Assembly (NCBI GenBank): GCA_041180985.1
Contig: JBEGQK010000027.1
Location: 1-51,579, forward strand
Length of the DNA stretch: 51,579 nt
From: Actinomycetota bacterium
GTDB taxonomy: Bacteria; Actinomycetota; Acidimicrobiia; Acidimicrobiales; Ilumatobacteraceae
Direction: 5' to 3'
Under the pieces are notes generated by a model. That model searched no databases. It was not told the origin of the DNA and saw only the letters and a program-made list of their open reading frames with translations. Positions 45,421 through 51,579 of the stretch are shown here, piece by piece (positions within the stretch are counted from its first letter, which is position 1; each line of letters starts with the position of its first letter). Position numbers and translations under genes: made by a program.

Positions 45421-46242
45421 CTACCTCGGCTCTATCAGGCGCGCGATCTCGCGGGAGAGAATCGCAGAACGCAGTTGACCGCCGAGCGTCACGAGCTCCG
45501 TGAGCATCTCGACCGCGTCCTCGCGTGCAGCGGGATTGCGCTGGCGCAACAGCGGCAGGATCCGCTGCTCGAAAAGGCTCAGCTCCCGGTCCGTGGACGA
45601 CTTCCACGCGCGGAGGTGCCGGATGTCGATGCCGAGCTCCTGGAACCGCGCAGCGACACGCGCGACTTCCACGGAGTTCGGTTCGAAGAACGTGGTGTCC
45701 CCCACGTCGTGTCCCGTCACGAGCCCCGCCTGTTCCAGCTCCTTCAGGAAGGCGGGGTCGATGGAGACCTTCTTCAGCAGCAGATCGCGCGGAACCGACT
45801 CTGTCTCGTCGGCGTGCCGCGCGGCCACCATGCGTTGGTCCTTGGCGACCACCCGGGTGGCGGGTGGCTCCTGCTCGAGCACCGCCGGGGTGGACGAGGT
45901 TGTCTTGCCCCTCGGGATCGCCGCGCGCGCTGCCGGATGAGCGTCACTGCGGATCACCCCGTCGGACACGAGTCGCAGTTCGCGGCTGATGTCGCTCGTC
46001 TCGTCCTCGAGTTGGTCCTTGATCACGCGCAGAGGGAGATAATGCGCCTTCTGCTCGCGAAGGATGACACGGAGACGTTCCACCTCGGCTTCCGTGAATT
46101 TCCGGTAACCCGACGGGGTGCGCTCGGGATCAATCAGACCCTGGCTCTCGAGGAACCTGATCTTCGAGATGGTGACGTCGGGGAACTCCTCCAGCAACTG
46201 GGCGAGCACCTCTCCGATGGACAGAAAATCGCGGGCGCTCAC
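45421..46242 (-). CDS. MerR family regulator (FtsR/Rv1828-like)
   Basis: N-terminal HTH (LSIGEVLAQLLEEFPDVTISKIRFLESQGLIDPERTPSGYRKF) and a second MerR-like C-terminal domain. GTG 46242 overlaps the upstream stop (GTGA). Confidence 0.85.
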   Translation of the reverse strand: MSARDFLSIGEVLAQLLEEFPDVTISKIRFLESQGLIDPERTPSGYRKFTEAEVERLRVILREQKAHYLPLRVIKDQLEDETSDISRELRLVSDGVIRSDAHPAARAAIPRGKTTSSTPAVLEQEPPATRVVAKDQRMVAARHADETESVPRDLLLKKVSIDPAFLKELEQAGLVTGHDVGDTTFFEPNSVEVARVAARFQELGIDIRHLRAWKSSTDRELSLFEQRILPLLRQRNPAAREDAVEMLTELVTLGGQLRSAILSREIARLIEPR

Positions 46243-46730
46243 TTCAGGCTCTCTGCGCTCTGCAGGAAGACGAGACGGAACTTGCCGACCTGCAACTCGT
46301 CACCCTGCGACAGGACCGCAGAGTCGATGCGTTGCTGGTTGAGGTAGGTGCCGTTCAGTGATCCCGCGTCGGACACCACGTACCTGCCGTCCACCAACCT
46401 GACCTCGCTGTGACGGCGGCTCACAGTGATGTCGTCGAGCACGATGTCGCTCTCGGGGTGCCGGCCGAGCGTCGTCACCTGGGTGCGCAGACCGAAGTGG
46501 GAGCCTTCGTCATCTCCCCCGCGCACGACCAGAATCGCCTCGCCCGTCGGGATGTCAGCAAGATCGACCGACACATCGTCGGCCGCACCAGGGGCGTCCA
46601 TCCGCGGGTCGACCTTGGCCAGGGTGATCGTGCGGTCGTCAACAACGTCCAGCACCGAACCACAGGCACTGCAGAACCCGCTCACCGGCGGGTTCCGGTG
46701 CCCGCAACGGTTGCAGAAGACGTACGACAT
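46239..46730 (-). CDS. FHA-domain protein in the GarA/OdhI position, with an N-terminal zinc ribbon
   Basis: The FHA core is closely GarA-like (TLGRHPESDIVLDDITVSRRHSEV ... SLNGTYLN ... VGKFRLVFL). The N-terminus is CNRCGH-x10-CSACG. Confidence 0.85.
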   Translation of the reverse strand: MSYVFCNRCGHRNPPVSGFCSACGSVLDVVDDRTITLAKVDPRMDAPGAADDVSVDLADIPTGEAILVVRGGDDEGSHFGLRTQVTTLGRHPESDIVLDDITVSRRHSEVRLVDGRYVVSDAGSLNGTYLNQQRIDSAVLSQGDELQVGKFRLVFLQSAESLK

Positions 46731-46731
46731 G

Positions 46732-47112
46732 TCAGCCGATCAGTGCCTGGTACTCGGCGGGCGACAGGAGACCGTCCGCGTCCCCCGACATCTCGATCTC
46801 GCAGATCCAGCCCTCCCCGTACGGATCGGAGTTGAGCAACTCGGGCGTGCCGGAGAGAGCCTCGTTGACCAGTGAGACGGTCCCGGACACGGGTGCATAC
46901 ACGTCGTTCACCGATTTTGTGCTCTCGATCTCGCTGAAGGATTCGTTGGCGGACACCTGGGCACCGACGTCCGGCATCTGGACGAAGACAATGTCGCCGA
47001 GTGCGTCCTGGGCGTAGTCGGTGATGCCGATCCGAGCGGTGTTGCCGGTGATCAGGACCCACTCGTGGTCCTTGGTGTACTGGAGGTTCGAAGGCAGGGT
47101 CACGCGATTCAC
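46732..47112 (-). CDS. gcvH: Glycine cleavage system H protein
   Basis: YTKDHEWV and the lipoyl-Lys motif EIESTKSV. GTG 47112 overlaps the upstream stop (GTGA). 126 aa. Confidence 0.9.
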   Translation of the reverse strand: MNRVTLPSNLQYTKDHEWVLITGNTARIGITDYAQDALGDIVFVQMPDVGAQVSANESFSEIESTKSVNDVYAPVSGTVSLVNEALSGTPELLNSDPYGEGWICEIEMSGDADGLLSPAEYQALIG

Positions 47113-47696
47113 GGTAGCCGTTTGGCCGCTCGTCCCGATGCCAAATGGCTGCGGACGAGCGGGATGTACTGGAGAAACGTGTAGTACGAAATGACCAGTC
47201 CGGGCACGCCCACGGCCCAGCCCATCCACCGTGCCACCACCCAGCCGCCCCCGGCGGCACCGAGGGTGATCCACCCCACCGTGCACATCACCGCGAACGT
47301 CGCCCATTTTCCGAGCTTCGTGACCGAGAAACGCTCCATCCCGAACAACGTGGCCACCACCATGAGCACGGCGATGGACACTTCGCGCACGAGAATGATG
47401 ACACCGAGCCACGCCGGGAACGCGCCGTAGTACATGGCAGTGATGGTCCCCACGAAGAAAATCGTCCTGTCCGCTATCGGGTCGAGAATCTTCCCTAGTT
47501 CGCTCCCTTGGTTGAAGCGTCGCGCGATCCATCCGTCCACGAAATCCGTGAAACACAGGGCCCCGAAGAACCACGCACCGGCACAGAAACGTTTGTCCGC
47601 CATCCATGACACGTAGACGGGAAGCAGTGCGAGTCTCGTCACGGACAGAAGATTGGGGATCGTCCAGATCCGACCGAAGAGCCGCTCGTCAGCCAC
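47109..47696 (-). CDS. CDP-alcohol phosphatidyltransferase family protein (PgsA-like)
   Basis: Signature DGWIARRFNQGSELGKILDPIADR plus multiple TM segments. I prefer GTG 47696 because ATG 47762 would overlap the divergent SDR start. Confidence 0.8.
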   Translation of the reverse strand: MADERLFGRIWTIPNLLSVTRLALLPVYVSWMADKRFCAGAWFFGALCFTDFVDGWIARRFNQGSELGKILDPIADRTIFFVGTITAMYYGAFPAWLGVIILVREVSIAVLMVVATLFGMERFSVTKLGKWATFAVMCTVGWITLGAAGGGWVVARWMGWAVGVPGLVISYYTFLQYIPLVRSHLASGRAAKRLP

Positions 47697-47752
47697 GGCA
47701 CGATGGTACTTCCGGGACGGTGGTGCCCTGATGATGCCCGTAGTCTCTGGAC

Positions 47753-48565
47753 ATGGGTACACAACTCGAGGGACAGGTTGCCTTCATCACCGGTGGTGGT
47801 TCCGGGCTCGGTGCCGCCGCAGCGGAGAGGCTCGCGGCCGACGGAGCGATTGTCGTGATCAACGACCTGAACGAGGAAGCTGCCGTGAAAGTGGCGGGCC
47901 GCCACGGTGGGCTGCACTTCGCGTTCGACGTGACCGATTCGACCGCCTTCGACGCCGCGGTGGACTCGACCGTCGGACAACTCGGCCGCCTTGACATCAT
48001 GGTGAACAACGCCGGGATCGCCCCCGCGAACGTCTCGTCGAAGAGCGAACGGGCGGTGAGCAACGCAATGAAGCGAATGCAGGGCGATCTCTCCTCGATC
48101 GAACCAATGAATTACCTCGTCGACATGTCGGATGCGGACTGGGACCGGATGCTCCGCGTTCATCTCTATGGCGCGTTTCACGGAACACGCGCGGCGCTGC
48201 GTCACATGACCCCCCGCCGGTCGGGATCCATCGTGAACATCTCGTCGGTCCTCGGTGTGATGCCGTCCTCCGGTGCTGCTCACTACTCCACCGCGAAGGC
48301 CGGCATCATCGCGCTCACGAAGTCGGTCGCCGACGAGGTCGCGGTGCTCGGTATCAGGTGCAACGCCGTCTGCCCGGGGTACATCGACACCCCCCTGCTC
48401 ACGCCGTTCTCGGAACAGATGAAGGCAGGCATCGTCATGCGCATCGGGATGGGACACATGGGCGAGCCGAAGGACATCGCCGAGATGATCCGCTTCCTTG
48501 CCGGACCCGAGTCCTCCTACTGCACCGGCGACGTCTTCAAGGTCTCCGGGGGTTACCTCGGATGA
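47753..48565 (+). CDS. Short-chain dehydrogenase/reductase (FabG-like)
   Basis: TGGGSGLG, NNAGI, and the SSVLG...YSTAK catalytic triad region. Confidence 0.9.
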   Translation: MGTQLEGQVAFITGGGSGLGAAAAERLAADGAIVVINDLNEEAAVKVAGRHGGLHFAFDVTDSTAFDAAVDSTVGQLGRLDIMVNNAGIAPANVSSKSERAVSNAMKRMQGDLSSIEPMNYLVDMSDADWDRMLRVHLYGAFHGTRAALRHMTPRRSGSIVNISSVLGVMPSSGAAHYSTAKAGIIALTKSVADEVAVLGIRCNAVCPGYIDTPLLTPFSEQMKAGIVMRIGMGHMGEPKDIAEMIRFLAGPESSYCTGDVFKVSGGYLG

Positions 48566-48963
48566 CGACGATCTTCACACGCATCATCAACCGGGAGATC
48601 CCCGGCACTTTCGTGCACGAGGACGATCTTTGTGTCGCCTTCCTCAGCATCAATCCGCTCGCGGACGGTCATGTGCTCGTGATCCCGCGGGAGGAAGTGG
48701 ATCACTGGATCGATCTCGACGCCGGTCTGGCGGCGCACCTGTTCGAAGTCTCACACCGCATCTCGCGCGCGCTCAGCAGCGCATTCCCGTGCGAGCGGAT
48801 CGGCATGATCATCGCGGGATACGAGGTGAACCACTGCCACATCCATCTCGTTCCCACCAGCGACATGTCGCAACTCGACTTCCGGAACGCGGCACGAAGC
48901 ATCGACCGGGAGACACTCGATGCGAACGCGGTGCGGATCGTCGCCGCGCTTGCTTCGATCTGA
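48562..48963 (+). CDS. HIT family nucleotide hydrolase/transferase
   Basis: IFTRIINREIP and the histidine triad HCHIHLV. The ATG overlaps the SDR stop (ATGA). Confidence 0.9.
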   Translation: MTTIFTRIINREIPGTFVHEDDLCVAFLSINPLADGHVLVIPREEVDHWIDLDAGLAAHLFEVSHRISRALSSAFPCERIGMIIAGYEVNHCHIHLVPTSDMSQLDFRNAARSIDRETLDANAVRIVAALASI

Positions 48964-48964
48964 A

Positions 48965-49669
48965 TCAGAAGAGGGTGTCCGGCTCCTCCGGCCGGGCTGC
49001 CAGCAACAGATCCGCTCCGTTGTTGCGGACGGAATTGACCTTTTTGTCGACCTCGTACGGGGCGAGTCTCGGCTGTGACGTCAGGTGGAGAAGCTCCAAC
49101 GGGGCCGCATCCGCAGCGACCCAGTCGACGCAGTCGACCAGCGACAACTGCACTGGTGACCTGTCGTGGATTATCGAGAGATCGTCGTAGCTCTCCCGCG
49201 TGATCATCGTGAACGTCGTTGCGCCGTCCAGCAACGGGCTGTTGGTCCACAAGCCCGCAGCCCACATGGTCCTGCCGTCTGCCCGCGGGACGAAGAATGG
49301 TCGCTTGACCTTCGGGTCGCTGCGGTCCCATTCGTAGAAGCCGCTCATCGGGATCATCGCCCTGTGGGACTTCACGAGATTCCGGAACGAAGGCTTCTCG
49401 GTGATCGTCTCCGACCTCGCATTGATCATCTTTGCCGCCGCCGAAGCGTCCTTGGACCACGACGGAAGCAATCCCCAGCACGCGGGTCTCATCACGAGCG
49501 CACCGTTCAGGGCAATCACTATCGGCACCACCTGGGTCGGAGCCGTGTTGAAGTTGTGGACTTCCCGGGGCACATCAGGCTCAATCTCCACCTGAACACC
49601 GGGGACCGCCTCGAGAATCTCCTCGAGAAGGGCCTGGGTGGTGAAGTTGCCGACGAAGCGTCCACACAT
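48965..49669 (-). CDS. SOS-response-associated peptidase (SRAP/YedK, abasic-site sensor)
   Basis: Family-defining N-terminus MCGRF (catalytic Cys2), which fixes the start at 49669. 234 aa. Confidence 0.85.
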   Translation of the reverse strand: MCGRFVGNFTTQALLEEILEAVPGVQVEIEPDVPREVHNFNTAPTQVVPIVIALNGALVMRPACWGLLPSWSKDASAAAKMINARSETITEKPSFRNLVKSHRAMIPMSGFYEWDRSDPKVKRPFFVPRADGRTMWAAGLWTNSPLLDGATTFTMITRESYDDLSIIHDRSPVQLSLVDCVDWVAADAAPLELLHLTSQPRLAPYEVDKKVNSVRNNGADLLLAARPEEPDTLF

Positions 49670-49746
49670 GGTCGGGCTGGCGGGATTTGAACCCACGGCC
49701 TCTTGTCCCCCAGACAAGCGCGCTAACCAAGCTGCGCCACAGCCCG
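49669..49746 (-). tRNA. tRNA-Pro (anticodon GGG), CCA encoded
   Basis: Folded by hand: acceptor CGGGCTG/CAGCCCG, D stem GCGC/GCGC, anticodon stem CTTGT/ACAAG with loop CT-GGG-GG, T stem GTGGG/CCCGC with loop TTCAAAT, discriminator A, then CCA. Confidence 0.9.
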
Positions 49747-49785
49747 AATCCCGTAGAGGCTAGCGGTCCGCGACGGCAGTTGCGC

Positions 49786-50031
49786 CTAGACGAAGAGCTG
49801 GACGATCCGCCATCCCATGTAGACGCACAGGAGTCCGACGAGCAGCTTGAAGTGCCAGGGCAACTTCTCCGATTCCTTGCCTGCGAGTTTCTTCAGGTCG
49901 AGAGTGTCCACCGTGATGCGCTCGCCGTTCACCGTCGCGTGCTGCACCACTTCCCCGCAGCCGGGACACGTTCCGTCCTCGTTGACTGACGACGGTGTCA
50001 GGTACTTCGCACACGGTTCGCACCACGGCAT
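49786..50031 (-). CDS. Small zinc-ribbon protein with a C-terminal TM helix
   Basis: 81 aa: MPWCEPCAKY ... CPGCGE ... WHFKLLVGLLCVYMGWRIVQLFV. It starts 1 nt after the der stop. Confidence 0.5.
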   Translation of the reverse strand: MPWCEPCAKYLTPSSVNEDGTCPGCGEVVQHATVNGERITVDTLDLKKLAGKESEKLPWHFKLLVGLLCVYMGWRIVQLFV

Positions 50032-50032
50032 G

Positions 50033-51370
50033 TCAGTCCCCCTTGCGCCGGACCCGCAGTTTCAGGGGGACCGAACCGAAGCCGAAGCCCTCACGGATGG
50101 ATCTCTCGAGGTAGCGGATGTACGGCGCGGGAAGGTCACGGTTCACGAACAGGGTGAAAGTCGGCGGGTCGATGGCGCCCTGCACTGCGTAGAGGACGCG
50201 GGCCCCGCCGCCTGCGGGCTGCTTCTGCTGTGCCTCCGCAATGATCCGGTTCACGTCGCGAGTCGGCACGCGACGGTGGTACTGCTCGATGGTCTCCTGC
50301 AGGACCGGGCGAAGTTTGTGCACTCCCTTCCCCGTAAGGGCCGAGATCTTCAGTACCGGCGAGTCCGAGATGAAGTACAGCATGCGCGACAAATCGGCCT
50401 CGACTGCCCGCCTGGCCTCGGACTCCAGAAGCTCCCATTTGTTCAGCACGATGAGAATGGGACAACCCGCAGCGTCGATGCGCTCCGCCAGGCGCTGGTC
50501 CTGGCTCGTCACTGACACAGTGGCATCGATGACCAGCATCGCGACGTCTGCCTCGTCAATCGCGCGAAGGGCCCGGACGAGCGAGAAATACTCCGCAGAA
50601 TCATCGATGCGGCTCCTCTTTCTCATTCCGGCAGTGTCGATGAACACCAACGGACCGTCCTCGGTCTCGACCAACGTGTCGATTGCGTCCCGCGTCGTGC
50701 CGGGCATGTCGTGGACCACCGAGCGCTCTGCCCCGACGAGACGGTTGAAGAGCGTGCTCTTGCCCACGTTCGGGCGCCCGACCAGCGCCACCCGGGGCAC
50801 GCCGTCGGTTTCCGACGGTTCGACCTCCTCCAGCCCTTCGTCATCGACCTCGACCTCGTCACCGAAATCGAGATGCTCGATGACGATGTCGAGGAAATCC
50901 CCGCTACGTCTGCCATGGAGGGCACTCACCGGGTACGGCTCGCCCAGTCCGAGCGACATGAACGACCAGCGGTCGAGCTCACGACGGTCGTTGTCGGACT
51001 TGTTCGCGGCGAGGATGACCGGCACGCCCGATCGCCTGAGCCAATCGGCGACACCTTCGTCCTCGTCGGTCACCCCGATCGACGCGTCGACCATGAAAAT
51101 CACGAGGTCGGCGGTGCGCACGGCTTCCTCGACCTGGCGGCTGACCTTGTCGTCCAGTTCCGAGCCGGACGGGAGCCATCCGCCTGTGTCGACGATGTTG
51201 AACTCGTTTCCGAGCCACGATGCCGTCCGCGTGTTCCTGTCCCGAGTCACGCCCGGCCGGTCCTCGACGATGGCGGTCTGTTCGCCGATGATGCGGTTGA
51301 AGAACGTGCTCTTGCCGACGTTCGGGCGACCGACGATGACGACAGTGGGCAACTTCTGCGTCTGTGTCAT
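50033..51370 (-). CDS. der: Ribosome-assembly GTPase Der/EngA
   Basis: Two tandem G domains (GRPNVGKSTFFN and GRPNVGKSTLFN, DTGG/DTAG, NKSD/NKWE) plus a KH-like C-terminus. ATG 51370 overlaps the upstream stop (ATGA). Confidence 0.95.
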   Translation of the reverse strand: MTQTQKLPTVVIVGRPNVGKSTFFNRIIGEQTAIVEDRPGVTRDRNTRTASWLGNEFNIVDTGGWLPSGSELDDKVSRQVEEAVRTADLVIFMVDASIGVTDEDEGVADWLRRSGVPVILAANKSDNDRRELDRWSFMSLGLGEPYPVSALHGRRSGDFLDIVIEHLDFGDEVEVDDEGLEEVEPSETDGVPRVALVGRPNVGKSTLFNRLVGAERSVVHDMPGTTRDAIDTLVETEDGPLVFIDTAGMRKRSRIDDSAEYFSLVRALRAIDEADVAMLVIDATVSVTSQDQRLAERIDAAGCPILIVLNKWELLESEARRAVEADLSRMLYFISDSPVLKISALTGKGVHKLRPVLQETIEQYHRRVPTRDVNRIIAEAQQKQPAGGGARVLYAVQGAIDPPTFTLFVNRDLPAPYIRYLERSIREGFGFGSVPLKLRVRRKGD

Positions 51371-51579
51371 GAGGGGGCTCCGGTGAACTGTTGGATCCGG
51401 GCTCGCAGGGCGGAGCCGGATGTCGGCATGACCTCCACGTTGTGCACCCGCGAAAGCTCGCCGACAGTATGCCCGTCCAGGAACCGTTCTCCATTGAGAC
51501 ACACATCGGGCAGCAGGTACCTGGTGTTCCGGTCACCCGTCCCGATGGTCTCCATGATGTCCTCGAAGGTCATGAGGCC
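51367..51579 (-). CDS. 3' end of an unidentified CDS (5' part lies outside the window)
   Basis: The frame is open to the window edge (...GLMTFEDIMETIGTGDRNTRYLLPDVCLNGERFLDGHTVGEL...). Its stop overlaps the der ATG. It does not look like the Cmk C-terminus that commonly precedes der in actinobacteria. Confidence 0.5.
   Translation of the reverse strand, partial: GLMTFEDIMETIGTGDRNTRYLLPDVCLNGERFLDGHTVGELSRVHNVEVMPTSGSALRARIQQFTGAPS

Noticed and set aside
48965-49760. tRNA-Pro as an integration hotspot or genomic-island boundary
   Set aside because: There is no integrase, no direct repeat of the tRNA 3' end, and no compositional shift. The neighbouring genes (SRAP, HIT, SDR, der) are ordinary core genes.

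Overview
High-GC (roughly two-thirds G+C) chromosomal core segment of an Actinomycetota genome. The phylum call rests on gene content and synteny: a Pup-proteasome locus, a WhiB regulator and the gcvH-garA-MerR-BFN-MerR block. I call 58 CDSs, two of them truncated at the window edges, plus one tRNA-Pro(GGG) and one tandem glycine riboswitch. Coding density is very high and many neighbouring genes share start/stop nucleotides (ATGA, GTGA, TGATG). Main blocks, left to right: rnd, a small acidic ORF and typA; a minus-strand chain desaturase-nagA-tkt-tal-LOG with a divergent TetR gene; an ADP-forming acyl-CoA synthetase and PBP4; three small membrane ORFs coupled to trmI; arc-dop-pup-prcB-prcA-pafA; lepB and glpQ; tatA-tatC-helY followed by an unknown ORF, an M20 hydrolase and a double-length ThyX-like gene; DUF4193, GNAT and echA; a WhiB gene; ltaE divergent from a Zn-ribbon ORF; glycine riboswitch-gcvP; a minus-strand chain pgsA-like-gcvH-FHA(garA-like)-MerR-BFN-MerR-gcvT; SDR-HIT; and der, a small Zn-ribbon ORF, tRNA-Pro and SRAP. 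I found no CRISPR array, transposase, integrase, rRNA or defence-island hallmark. I therefore do not see a clear-cut novel multi-gene system. The best leads are small uncharacterised ORFs translationally coupled to core genes: the membrane triad before trmI, the stand-alone DAGK-accessory-like ORF after helY, and the 138-aa ORF after gcvP. Other leads are the tkt-tal-LOG fusion operon, a garA-position FHA protein with an N-terminal zinc ribbon, a tRNA whose CCA end overlaps the SRAP start codon, and a 16-bp perfect palindrome between two divergent start codons. All functional calls come from motif and family recognition by eye. No database search was run.
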